From the NCBI GenBank assembly GCA_963658165.1, contig CAVKQP010000001.1:1-41546 (forward strand): a stretch of DNA of 41,546 nt. The letters are read 5' to 3'. This DNA comes from Clostridium sp. CAG:302 (lineage in GTDB: Bacteria; Bacteroidota; Bacteroidia; Bacteroidales; Bacteroidaceae). Below the pieces are notes generated by a model that saw only the letters and a list, made by a program, of their open reading frames with translations, did no database searches and was not told where the DNA came from. This document shows positions 8,801 through 17,480 of this stretch, piece by piece (positions within the stretch are counted from its first letter, which is position 1; each line of letters begins with the position of its first letter). The position numbers and the translations under genes were made by a program.

Positions 8801-9086
8801 TTTGTTGCCTATGTTGATGCCATGGGGCGTAGGTTACAATGGAAACATGACGCTTGGTGCTGCCGCTATCGGTGGTATGCTTATCGGTATGCTCTGTCAG
8901 ATTATGATTGTGCCCGCATTGTTCTACATCTTCCAAACCATTCAGGAGAAGATCAAACCTATCGAATTTGAGGATGACAATGCAGACGTTGCTACCGAGC
9001 TGAAGCAATACACCAATCCGCTTGCTGCCAATTTCCGCACTGGCGAGGAGAAGCTCAGTGGTGACAATGTAAATCCAAATATCTAA
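5817..9086 (+). CDS. RND efflux permease (HAE1, AcrB/MexB-like)
   Basis: FIKRPV start, LPIEQYPNIAPP, and proton-relay motifs VVDDAIVVVE, LAKNAILIV and RLRPILMT; 1089 aa. Confidence 0.96.
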   Translation: MKLDNFIKRPVLSTVISILIVILGVIGLISLPIEQYPNIAPPTIMVRASYTGANAETVLNSVLAPLEEQINGVEGMTYMTSSATNDGSASISVFFKQGMDADMCQVNVQNRVSQASALLPAEVTKAGVTVMKRQSSTVILFGLTADDDRYDDEFLANYANINVVPAIKRVSGVGECQCFSQKDYTMRLWIDPVKMKNYGLIPSDLTSVLSQQNIEAAPGSVGEQSDNQYQYTFRYKGRLKTPEEFGNMIIKSTQDGQTIRVKDVAKVEMGALSYNVDSKNNGKASVTMMVTQTAGSNATEIATNIKKLLAEQEASMPPGLHFDVMQDVTEFLFASIEDLVKTLVEAFILVFIVVYIFLQDTRSTLIPLIAVPVSLIGTFFFLYVFGFSLNLLTLAALVLAIAIVVDDAIVVVEAVHAKLDLGYKSARQASIDAMNEISGAIISITLVMAAVFVPVSFMGGTSGTFYREFGITMAISIVISALNALTLSPALCAILLKPKNEDGSERKMSMIDRFHASFNAAYGKVQTKYGHGVRRIVERPVIAIAAVIVGIAAMALLMANTKTGLVPDEDTGTVFCTVSTPPGTSMTKTNEVMDQVDRMLATNPAIQSRMRITGYNFIAGQGSNQGTFIIKLKSFEERQAQEGPLKYIGVHNLGSTMVLGMIYKQTAAIKGAQILAFQPPMVQGFSATNGLTFSMQDRTGGDVNKFYEVTQKFIAELNKRPEISNAMTSYNSKYPQYKIDVDVAKCKQSGIDPSTVLTTMQGYYGGMYASNFNSYGKLYRVYIQADPKDRADLKSLSNIYVRTSSGEMAPIQEYVNLSRVYGPQEIDRFNLFTSINVNASAADGYSTGDALKAMSEVAKTSLPTGFTYEFSGLTRTEQESSNSTALIFILCLTFVYLILSAQYESYVLPLSVILSIPFGLAGAFLFTNLFGKNNDIYMQIALIMLMGLLAKNAILIVQFALERRRTGMAISWSSVLGATARLRPILMTSLAMIIGLLPMLMPWGVGYNGNMTLGAAAIGGMLIGMLCQIMIVPALFYIFQTIQEKIKPIEFEDDNADVATELKQYTNPLAANFRTGEEKLSGDNVNPNI

Positions 9087-9097
9087 AAGAAGTAAAG

Positions 9098-10483
9098 ATG
9101 AAAGTTAGAAATATCCTTCCGTTAGCTTTCGCAGCTGCTCTGATGAGCAGTTGCGGAATCTACAACAAATATCAGCGTCCTGACGTGAATACTACAGGGT
9201 TGGTTCGCGACTCTGCTTCTATAGCTGACACGCTTGCCGTTTCAGACACGACGAGCTTCGGCAACTTGGCATGGCGTAGCGTCTTTACCGACCCACAACT
9301 GCAGGTGCTCATCGAGAAAGGTCTTGAATGCAATACCGACATGCTTAACGCAGCTCTCAACGTGCAGATGGTCGAGGATCAACTCATGGTTGCTAAGTTG
9401 GCTTTCGTGCCTTCGTTTACCTTCTCTCCGCAAGGCACCATCTCCTCTTGGGATGGCAACAAGGCTACCAAAACCTATTCCCTGCCCGTCACAGCTAGTT
9501 GGAGTGTTGACCTCTTTGGCAACTTGCTCAACCAGAAGCGCAGTGCCCAGATGTCACTATTGGCTACCAAAGATTATCAATTGGTGGTGAAGACCAAGCT
9601 CATCTCGAATATCGCCAATATGTATTACACGCTCTTGATGCTTGACAAGCAGCTCGAAGTTGTCAACAACATGGCAAACTTGACGAAAGACACGTGGAAT
9701 ATCATGAAGATACAGAAGGAGCTCGGTCGTACGAAAGAAACTAGCGTGCAGAGCGCAGAAAGCAATTACTATTCAGTGCTCGCACAGGCTACCGACTTGA
9801 AGCGCCAGATTCGTGAGACTGAAAATTCGTTGTCGCTCTTGTTGGGACAACCTGCCCAGACCATTGCTCGCGGCACGTTTGATAATCAGTCGTTGCCTTC
9901 GCAGTTCTCTACAGGTATAGGCATCCAACTGCTGAACAATCGTCCTGATGTGCACTATGCAGAAATGAGTCTTGCTCAGTGCTTCTATAATACGAATGCA
10001 GCACGTTCAAAATTCTACCCCAGCATCACGATATCGGGTACAGGCGCCTATACCAATAGTGGTGGTGGAGGCATTGTGAACCCCGGAAAGTGGTTGCTCA
10101 GTGCCGTAGGCAGTTTGGTGCAGCCCATCTTCCAGCATGGTCAGATTATTGCTGGACTGAAGGTGGCAAAAGCACAACAGGAGCAGGCATTCAACACCTG
10201 GCAAAACACTGTACTTTCTGCAGGTAGCGAGGTGAGCAATGCGCTTGTACTCTATAACTCATCGGAGGAGAAGAGTCAGCTTGAAGCCAAGCAGGTGGAA
10301 AGCCTGAAGAAGAATGTGGAATACACCAAGATGCTTTTCAATGAAGGAAGCTCGACCTATCTTGAGGTCATCACTGCCCAGCAGAGCCTGCTCAACGCAG
10401 AACTCTCCAAGGTGGCTGACGATTTCTATAAGATGCAGGCCGTGGTCAATCTCTACTATGCACTTGGCGGAGGCCGCAATTAA
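9098..10483 (+). CDS. Outer-membrane efflux channel (TolC/OprM-like lipoprotein)
   Basis: Lipobox MSSC, WRSVFTDPQL, WSVDLFG, LLNNRPDV and C-terminal LYYALGGG. Confidence 0.93.
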   Translation: MKVRNILPLAFAAALMSSCGIYNKYQRPDVNTTGLVRDSASIADTLAVSDTTSFGNLAWRSVFTDPQLQVLIEKGLECNTDMLNAALNVQMVEDQLMVAKLAFVPSFTFSPQGTISSWDGNKATKTYSLPVTASWSVDLFGNLLNQKRSAQMSLLATKDYQLVVKTKLISNIANMYYTLLMLDKQLEVVNNMANLTKDTWNIMKIQKELGRTKETSVQSAESNYYSVLAQATDLKRQIRETENSLSLLLGQPAQTIARGTFDNQSLPSQFSTGIGIQLLNNRPDVHYAEMSLAQCFYNTNAARSKFYPSITISGTGAYTNSGGGGIVNPGKWLLSAVGSLVQPIFQHGQIIAGLKVAKAQQEQAFNTWQNTVLSAGSEVSNALVLYNSSEEKSQLEAKQVESLKKNVEYTKMLFNEGSSTYLEVITAQQSLLNAELSKVADDFYKMQAVVNLYYALGGGRN

Positions 10484-10505
10484 AGAACCTTTAAAGCATT
10501 AGAAT

Positions 10506-11285
10506 ATGAACAATATAAGTCCACAAGCATGCATAGACCCGAAGGCGAAGATTGGTAACAACGTGACCATCTATCCCTTTGCCTATATAGAGGGTGATGT
10601 AGTCATCGGTGACGACTGTGTCATCTATCCCTATGTGAGCATCATGAACGGCACCCGTTTGGGCCGTGGCAACAAGGTATATCAGAATACCGTGCTCGGC
10701 GCCGAACCTCAAGACTTTAATTATAAGGGTGAGATCACCACTCTTGAAATTGGTGATGAGAACATCATCCGTGAGAATGTGGTCATCAACCGTGCCACCT
10801 ATGCCACGGGCAAGACCCACATCGGTAACCGCAACTTCCTGATGGAAGGTGTACACATCAGCCATGATACCGACGTACACGACTATTGCGTGTTTGGCTA
10901 TGGTACCAAGATTGCTGGTGACTGCGAGATCCACAGTGGCATCATCTTCTCTTCTGGTGTCATCGTCAACGCACAGGTTCGTGTGGGTACGGCAGCCATG
11001 ATTACCAGTGGTTGTCGCGTGAGCAAAGACGTGCCCCCATTCATCGTGGCTACCGACAATCCCGTGCGTTATGCCGGCCTTAATCAAGAGATGCTCAAGA
11101 ACCATGGCATCAGTGAGAAAGTGTTGGCCCACTTGGCCAATGCCTATCGTTTGGTATTCCACGGACAGACCAGCGTCTTTGATGCCGCCATCCAAATCAA
11201 GGAGCAGGTGCCTGATGGAAGTGCCGTGCGCAACGTGGTCAACTTCATCCAGAGCACCAAGCTCGGCATTATCGGCAAAGTTTAA
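10506..11285 (+). CDS. LpxA-like left-handed beta-helix acyltransferase (divergent paralogue)
   Basis: Hexapeptide repeats, GAEPQD, IRENVVINRAT, HISHD, KDVPPF and a C-terminal helical domain. Several canonical LpxA residues appear substituted. Confidence 0.85.
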   Translation: MNNISPQACIDPKAKIGNNVTIYPFAYIEGDVVIGDDCVIYPYVSIMNGTRLGRGNKVYQNTVLGAEPQDFNYKGEITTLEIGDENIIRENVVINRATYATGKTHIGNRNFLMEGVHISHDTDVHDYCVFGYGTKIAGDCEIHSGIIFSSGVIVNAQVRVGTAAMITSGCRVSKDVPPFIVATDNPVRYAGLNQEMLKNHGISEKVLAHLANAYRLVFHGQTSVFDAAIQIKEQVPDGSAVRNVVNFIQSTKLGIIGKV

Positions 11286-11313
11286 ATAATCATACCTATA
11301 TTTACTCTGTAGT

Positions 11314-11354
11314 GGGAGGCGGGTTGCTGTGAAGTGGCCCGCCCCCTTATGTTT
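11314..11354 (+). terminator. Intrinsic terminator of the RND-lpxA-like operon
   Basis: GGCGGGTTGCT-GTGA-AGTGGCCCGCC stem followed by CCTTATGTTTT. Confidence 0.6.
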
Positions 11355-11408
11355 TGTGGCGGTTTGAAAATAAATAGGATTTAAATTTCATATTCCGCTC
11401 TTTTATAC

Positions 11409-11416
11409 TATCTTTG
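11409..11416 (+). promoter_or_regulatory. -7 promoter box TATCTTTG for nadK
   Basis: TAnnTTTG consensus in the intergenic region. Confidence 0.6.
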
Positions 11417-11478
11417 CAAAGATGGTTGCATCTATTATAGGTGTGCCGCTTTGTTCTAATGAAACAATTGGTAATAAT

Positions 11479-12387
11479 ATGGCAGACAAGAAATTGAGGT
11501 TCGCTCTCTTTGGCAATGAGTATCAAGCACGCAAGTCGGCATCTATACAAAAGGTGCTTGAGGTGCTTGCCAGCCATGGCTCCGAAATCTATATGGATCG
11601 GCCGTTCTACGAATTCTTGACCAAGGCCCTTGGTCTTAAGGTTGGTGTTGAAGGACTTTTCGATGACTATAACTTCGATGTAGACTTCTGCATCTCTATG
11701 GGGGGCGATGGAACCTTCCTCAAGACGGTCAGCAGGGTGGGCTCCAAGTGCATACCTATCATCGGTATCAATACGGGTAGGTTGGGTTTCTTGGCTGATG
11801 TCGGTCCTTCGGAAATCGAGGAGGCGTTGCAACTTGTCTATGATGGAACTTATGAGGTGGAGCAGCAGACCATCATCAAGATAGAGGCAGATGGAGAACC
11901 TATTGAAGGTAATCCCTACGCCCTTAACGACATTGCCTTGCTCAAGCGCGATATGGCATCTATGATTTCCATACGCACTTCCATCAATGACGACTATTTG
12001 GTCACCTATCAAGCCGATGGCCTCATTGTGACTACCCCCACGGGAAGTACAGCCTATTCCCTTTCCAACGGCGGACCCATCATGGTGCCTCAAACAGGCA
12101 CGCTTTGTCTTACTGCTGTTGCGCCTCATAGCTTGAATATTCGCCCCATTGTCATACCCGATGATTGCGTGATTACGTTGGAGGTGGAGAGCCGTTCGCA
12201 CAATTTCTTGGCAGCCATCGATGGTAGGTCTGAAAAACTCCTTGAGGGTACTCGGGTGACCATTCGCAAGGCTCCCTTTGCAGCTCGCGTGGTCAAGCGC
12301 ATGGGACAACGCTATTTCTCCACGCTGCGTGAGAAGATGATGTGGGGTATGGATGGACGTCGGCAGTTTGACATCCGCAGCTTTTGA
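11479..12387 (+). CDS. nadK: NAD kinase
   Basis: GGDGTFL, GINTGRLGFL, ALNDI and ADGLIVTTPTGSTAYSLSNGGP. ATG 11479 (AT-rich context) is preferred over ATG 11422, which sits at about the predicted transcription start. Confidence 0.95.
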   Translation: MADKKLRFALFGNEYQARKSASIQKVLEVLASHGSEIYMDRPFYEFLTKALGLKVGVEGLFDDYNFDVDFCISMGGDGTFLKTVSRVGSKCIPIIGINTGRLGFLADVGPSEIEEALQLVYDGTYEVEQQTIIKIEADGEPIEGNPYALNDIALLKRDMASMISIRTSINDDYLVTYQADGLIVTTPTGSTAYSLSNGGPIMVPQTGTLCLTAVAPHSLNIRPIVIPDDCVITLEVESRSHNFLAAIDGRSEKLLEGTRVTIRKAPFAARVVKRMGQRYFSTLREKMMWGMDGRRQFDIRSF

Positions 12388-12423
12388 TTTACCAAATAGA
12401 CGACATCTAATCCCGAACCTCAC

Positions 12424-14100
12424 GTGAAGAAACTCCTCAGCAAGATATTTCGTTTAGACCGCAACAAGTATACCACGGGTCAAATCTTTCGCTGGCTATG
12501 GCAGGCTTGGCGAGGCAACCGTGCGCAGGCATTGCTCAATGCGTCAATCGGACTGCTTGATGTATTGGCTAGTCTTGCCTCTGTGTGGGCTGTCCAGCGA
12601 GCCATCGATGTGGCTTCGGGCGTTCGTGAAGGTTCTATCGTAGGGAGCGTGTCGTTGATGGGTTTGCTCATCCTCTTTATTTTTGCCCTTTCTGTGTCAT
12701 CGGTATGGGTACGCAATTTGCTTGGTGTTCGTGCGCAAAACCGCATGCAGCAACGCATCCTTGACCATATCCTTCGTTCTGAATGGAGAGGACGTGAGGC
12801 AATGCACAGTGGTGATGTACTGAACCGCTTGGAAACCGATGTTGCCACGGTGGTCACCTTTCTCACCGAAACCCTTCCCAATACACTTTCCGTATTGGCT
12901 CTTTTCCTTGGATCATTTCTCTATTTGTTCTCGATGGACCGTGTGCTTGCCATCGTTGTGGTGGCAATCATCCCTTTGTTTGTACTCCTCAGCAAGATTT
13001 ATGTGAACCGCATGCGACGGCTCACTCGTTCGGTGCGTGAATCAGACAGTAGGGTGCAGAGTGTGCTACAGGAAACCGTGCAGCATCGTATGCTCATCAA
13101 GACACTTGAGGGTGAACGTTCCATGGTTGAACGACTAGAAGATACGCAGCGCGTATTGCGCCATCATGTTGTTAAGCGTACGTTGTTCTCAGTCTTTTCC
13201 AACTTCTCCCTCAATTTTGGTTTTGCTCTCGGCTATCTGATAGCATTTGCTTGGGCTGCTGTACGCATGTCTTCAGGCACTTTGTCCTTTGGCGGCATGA
13301 CGGCCTTCTTGCAGTTGGTCAACAAAATACAGAATCCAGCACGCAATCTGACCAAACTTGCCCCCGCCTTTGTCGGTGTGTTTACGGCTGCTGAACGACT
13401 GATGGAATTGGAGTCTGTACCGCTTGAGCAGCAAGGAGAACCTCAGATGATGGATGCTCCTTTGGGCGTGCGGCTCACGGATGTGTGCTACACATATCCT
13501 GCTTCCCATCGTCCCATCCTCAATCATTTGTCATTCGACTTTAAACCGGGAACCTGTACTGCCATTTTAGGTGAGACGGGTGCAGGCAAGACCACACTTG
13601 TTCGTGTGATACTCGCCCTGTTGTGCCCTCAAGAAGGAAGGGCGGTCTTCTATAACGAGTCGGAAGAACGCACGCTTTCCCCTTTGTTGCGCTGCAATTT
13701 GGTCTATGTGCCCCAGGGTAATACGTTGATGAGCGGCACCATCCGCGATAATCTCCGCATGGGAAATCCTGTAGCTACCGATGATGAGATGCGGCAGGCA
13801 CTCCACAAAGCATGTGCCGACTTCGTGTTTGAATTGCCCGATCAACTCGACACTCGGTGCAGTGAGGCTGGTGGCGGTCTGAGTGAAGGACAGGCACAAC
13901 GCATTGCCATTGCCCGTGCCTTGCTCCGTAATCGTCAGGTGATGATTTTCGATGAGGCGACCAGTGCACTTGATCTTGCCACAGAACGTGCCTTGCTCGA
14001 CAACCTACTTAAGGAACGCAACCACACCATCATCTTCATTACCCATCGCCCCGCAGTGGTGGACTATTGCGATCAAGTGCTTCGGGTGGAACGCACTTAG
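12424..14100 (+). CDS. ABC exporter half-transporter (TMD plus ATPase)
   Basis: About six hydrophobic helices, Walker A GETGAGKT, signature LSEGQAQR, Walker B IFDE and H-loop ITHR. GTG start. Confidence 0.92.
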   Translation: MKKLLSKIFRLDRNKYTTGQIFRWLWQAWRGNRAQALLNASIGLLDVLASLASVWAVQRAIDVASGVREGSIVGSVSLMGLLILFIFALSVSSVWVRNLLGVRAQNRMQQRILDHILRSEWRGREAMHSGDVLNRLETDVATVVTFLTETLPNTLSVLALFLGSFLYLFSMDRVLAIVVVAIIPLFVLLSKIYVNRMRRLTRSVRESDSRVQSVLQETVQHRMLIKTLEGERSMVERLEDTQRVLRHHVVKRTLFSVFSNFSLNFGFALGYLIAFAWAAVRMSSGTLSFGGMTAFLQLVNKIQNPARNLTKLAPAFVGVFTAAERLMELESVPLEQQGEPQMMDAPLGVRLTDVCYTYPASHRPILNHLSFDFKPGTCTAILGETGAGKTTLVRVILALLCPQEGRAVFYNESEERTLSPLLRCNLVYVPQGNTLMSGTIRDNLRMGNPVATDDEMRQALHKACADFVFELPDQLDTRCSEAGGGLSEGQAQRIAIARALLRNRQVMIFDEATSALDLATERALLDNLLKERNHTIIFITHRPAVVDYCDQVLRVERT

Positions 14101-14199
14101 AAGTAGTTTATGTTCTCCGTTTTCCGTATTAGCCACTTAAACGGATGATTTTCCCCTGTAATATGAAAGAAAATCCATCTATACTTATTATATATATGG

Positions 14200-14207
14200 T
14201 AATTTTG
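14200..14207 (+). promoter_or_regulatory. -7 promoter box TAATTTTG for the GH95 gene
   Basis: TAnnTTTG match about 42 nt before ATG 14250. Confidence 0.6.
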
Positions 14208-14249
14208 TGCCGCTAATCGGAACGTAAACAAAATCAATACAATCATTCT

Positions 14250-16715
14250 ATGAGCAAAAAACTATTCGCTTTCTTTTGTCTTGCCCTAACGGCTATGTCG
14301 TCATGGGCAGCAGACAATCTGAAAATCTGGTATCAAAAACCTGCCGTCTATTGGGAAGAGGCGTTGCCGCTAGGTAATGGCAGATTGGCCTCAATGGTTT
14401 ATGGCGGTGCTGAAAACGAAGAAATCCAGTTGAACGAGGAAACCATATCGCAAGGACAGCCCAACACGAACTACAATCCTAAGGCGTTGAAGTCGCTCGA
14501 TCAGGTGCGCAAACTCATCTTTAAGGGTCTGAACGATTCTGCCCAAGCGGTGGCTACGCGTGATTTCCTCGCTCCTAATGCAAGCAATGGCTGCCGCTAC
14601 CAGACGGCAGGAAGTCTGCGTATAGCCTACAAAGATCACAAAGGCTATACTAACTATCGCCGTGAACTGAGTCTTGATCGTGCGCTTTCCACGGTCACCT
14701 ATCGTGTGGGTGGCGTCGACTACACCGAGCGCACCTTTGTGTCGATGGCAGACCAACTCGTTATCGTGCGGTTGCAAGCATCTAAAAAAGGAAAACTCAA
14801 CTTCTCTACCTATTTCACATGTCCGCAGGATGTCAACCGCAAGGCTTCGGTCAAAGGTGGGGTGAAAAGCATACAGATGGATGGCTACACAGGAAGTTCG
14901 GAAGCGGTCGAGGGTGGAAAACTGCACTTCGTCAACTTGCTGAACCTTCGTAACACAGACGGAAAAGTTACTGCTTCAGACACTGCCTTGGTCGTCAAAG
15001 GAGCCACCGACGTGACTCTTTATATTTCCATTGCCACCAACTTTGTCAATTACAAGGATATCTCTGCTGATCCCTATAAGCGCAATGCGGAATACATGCG
15101 GAACGCTCGTCCTTATGATGAGGCTTTTGCACGCAGTTTGGAGAAATATCGCGAACAGTTTGGACGTGTACAGCTTGATTTGGGCGGTAGCGCATATGAA
15201 AATATGCCTACCGATGAGCGCATTCGCACCTTCTCCCAACATACCGATAACCAGTTGGTATCGCTCTATTTTCAGTTCGGGCGTTACTTGCTCATCAGTT
15301 GTTCACAACCCGGTTGCCAGCCTGCCAACCTACAGGGTAAGTGGAATGCTAAACTCAATCCAGCTTGGAAATGCCGCTACACCATTAATATTAATACCGA
15401 GATGAACTATTGGCCGGCAGAGCCGACCAACCTACCCGAACTGCATCAACCGCTAGTTAAGATGATTGAGGAATTGTCTGAGGTCGGTTCGGAAACAGCT
15501 CGCATGATGTATGGATGCCGAGGTTGGGTGGCACACCACAACACCGATCTCTGGCGCATGACAGGAGCGGTAGACCGTGGCTACTGTGGCGTATGGCCTA
15601 CGTCCAACGCTTGGCTTTGCCAACATCTATGGAATCGCTATCTCTTTAATGGTGACAAGCAATATCTGGCACAGGTATACCCCCTAATGAAAGGCGCTTC
15701 TGAGTTCTTTGTCGACTTTATGGTACCCGATCCCACTACAGGAAAACTTGTAGTGTGTCCATCCAATTCCCCCGAAAACGGACCGAAGTTGAAGAATACC
15801 AAGTCGCATCTTTTTGCTGGCATCACCATGGACAACGAGTTGGTCACCGATCTCTTCACCCATACGGCTGCTGCTGCCAACATCTTGGGCAAAGACCAAG
15901 CATTTGCCGACACCATATTAAATATGCGTGCCTATATCACCCCTTTGCGCGTAGGTAAGTATGGACAGTTGCAAGAATGGGCGGAAGACTGGGATAATCC
16001 GCGCGACCACCATCGCCATGTGTCCCATCTGTGGGCACTCTATCCTGGCAATGAAATCTCTCCCTATCGCACCCCCGACGCATTTAGTGGTGTGGTCAAC
16101 ACGCTCATCCAGCGTTCCGATGCCTCTACGGGTTGGAGCATGGGGTGGAAGGTGTGTCTGTGGGCACGCTGTCTAGATGGCAACCATGCCTATAAACTCA
16201 TCCAAGACCAACTGTCACTCGTGTCGCCAGAGAGTCAGCAAGGGCAGGGAGGTGGCACCTATCCTAACATGTTTGATGCTCATCCACCATTCCAAATTGA
16301 TGGAAACTTTGGTTGTTGTGCTGGCATCGGTGAGATGCTCGTCCAGAGTCACGATGGTTGTGTCAATCTCTTGCCCGCCTTGCCCGATGCATGGAAGGCT
16401 GCTGGTTCGGTAAAAGGTTTGCGCACCATAGGCGGTTTTGTGGTGGAAGACTTGCAGTGGCGTGACGGTAAGGTGGTTAAAGCCGTTGTGCGTTCCACCT
16501 TGGGCGGCAATCTTCGTTTGCGTTTGCCCAACGAGGTGAAGTCGTCCGCACCTTTGCAAAAGGCGGAAGGGGAGAATACCAACCCGCTCTTTACCACTTA
16601 TAGTATGCATACGGAAGTAAGTCCAGAGGCTACTATCAATGTTCCGACCTTGCACCCCACTTATCTTTACGACGTGCTAACACTGCCTGGTGAGACTATT
16701 ACCATTGCTTTATAG
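14250..16715 (+). CDS. Glycoside hydrolase family 95 (alpha-L-fucosidase or alpha-L-galactosidase), signal peptide
   Basis: WEEALPLGNGRL, FQFGRYLLIS, PANLQGKW, YTININTEMNYW, SNSPEN, HRHVSHL and HPPFQIDGNFG. Confidence 0.95.
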   Translation: MSKKLFAFFCLALTAMSSWAADNLKIWYQKPAVYWEEALPLGNGRLASMVYGGAENEEIQLNEETISQGQPNTNYNPKALKSLDQVRKLIFKGLNDSAQAVATRDFLAPNASNGCRYQTAGSLRIAYKDHKGYTNYRRELSLDRALSTVTYRVGGVDYTERTFVSMADQLVIVRLQASKKGKLNFSTYFTCPQDVNRKASVKGGVKSIQMDGYTGSSEAVEGGKLHFVNLLNLRNTDGKVTASDTALVVKGATDVTLYISIATNFVNYKDISADPYKRNAEYMRNARPYDEAFARSLEKYREQFGRVQLDLGGSAYENMPTDERIRTFSQHTDNQLVSLYFQFGRYLLISCSQPGCQPANLQGKWNAKLNPAWKCRYTININTEMNYWPAEPTNLPELHQPLVKMIEELSEVGSETARMMYGCRGWVAHHNTDLWRMTGAVDRGYCGVWPTSNAWLCQHLWNRYLFNGDKQYLAQVYPLMKGASEFFVDFMVPDPTTGKLVVCPSNSPENGPKLKNTKSHLFAGITMDNELVTDLFTHTAAAANILGKDQAFADTILNMRAYITPLRVGKYGQLQEWAEDWDNPRDHHRHVSHLWALYPGNEISPYRTPDAFSGVVNTLIQRSDASTGWSMGWKVCLWARCLDGNHAYKLIQDQLSLVSPESQQGQGGGTYPNMFDAHPPFQIDGNFGCCAGIGEMLVQSHDGCVNLLPALPDAWKAAGSVKGLRTIGGFVVEDLQWRDGKVVKAVVRSTLGGNLRLRLPNEVKSSAPLQKAEGENTNPLFTTYSMHTEVSPEATINVPTLHPTYLYDVLTLPGETITIAL

Positions 16716-16735
16716 ACATCGTTTAAGGCATATTT

Positions 16736-16783
16736 AGAAAACGCAGTAGGCTTCGTAGTTCAATGAAACCTACTGCGTTTTCT
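16736..16783. terminator. Long hairpin after GH95 (probable terminator, possibly bidirectional)
   Basis: Perfect 15-bp arms AGAAAACGCAGTAGG / CCTACTGCGTTTTCT. Confidence 0.65.
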
Positions 16784-16815
16784 TGATAAAGTTTTTCCAA
16801 GCTGCAATATTTTTG

Positions 16816-16823
16816 TATATTTG
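16816..16823 (+). promoter_or_regulatory. -7 promoter box TATATTTG (a second match, TATTTTTG, lies at 16808-16815)
   Basis: Two adjacent TAnnTTTG matches upstream of ATG 16865. Confidence 0.55.
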
Positions 16824-16864
16824 CACTTGCAAAACAATGAAAAATCGAAGACAAGTTTGACAAT

Positions 16865-17338
16865 ATGAGAAGAAAGAAACTTCTGTTTATATGCTTGGGA
16901 AACATCTGCCGTTCTCCAGCTGCCAATGCCATTATGCAGCACATGGTCGATGAGCGAGGACTGGCGGATGCGTATGAAATCGATAGTGCAGGCATCGGGG
17001 CATGGCATGTAGGCAACCTCCCCGACAATCGTATGCGCAGTCATGGTCACCGCCATGGCTACACCTTCGACCATCATGCCCGTCAGATTTGCGATGCCGA
17101 CTTTGACCATTTCGACTACATCATCGTCATGGACGAAGAAAACTATAAGGCGGTGAGTCGCATGAAAGAGCGGTTGGGCAGCAGTACCTGTGTGTGTCGC
17201 ATGGCAGACTATTTTACCGAGCATCGTAAATACACCACTGTTCCAGACCCATACTATGGTGGTGATAGCGACTTTGAACTTGCCATCGAGCTGATAGAAG
17301 ATGGTTGCCGGGGCTTGCTGGAAAGTCTTGAAGGTTAA
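16865..17338 (+). CDS. Low-molecular-weight protein-tyrosine phosphatase
   Basis: P-loop CLGNICRS and acid loop VPDPYY. Confidence 0.93.
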   Translation: MRRKKLLFICLGNICRSPAANAIMQHMVDERGLADAYEIDSAGIGAWHVGNLPDNRMRSHGHRHGYTFDHHARQICDADFDHFDYIIVMDEENYKAVSRMKERLGSSTCVCRMADYFTEHRKYTTVPDPYYGGDSDFELAIELIEDGCRGLLESLEG

Positions 17339-17424
17339 CGTTTTGTGTTAAACTGTAAAACCTTGAGTGTACGGATTGATATGTTTGTGCACTGTATTAT
17401 AATAGCCTTATTGTAAGGTAAGGA

Positions 17425-17432
17425 TAATTTTG
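17425..17432 (+). promoter_or_regulatory. -7 promoter box TAATTTTG for the large PL1 gene
   Basis: TAnnTTTG consensus about 48 nt before ATG 17481. Confidence 0.6.
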
Positions 17433-17480
17433 CATTTGTGCATTTACCTGAATAAAACCAAAAACTAAAATAACAATTAG

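Noticed and set aside
11347..12423. 358-aa minus-strand ORF
   Set aside because: It is antisense to nadK with no motifs; long antisense frames are common opposite genes with this codon usage.
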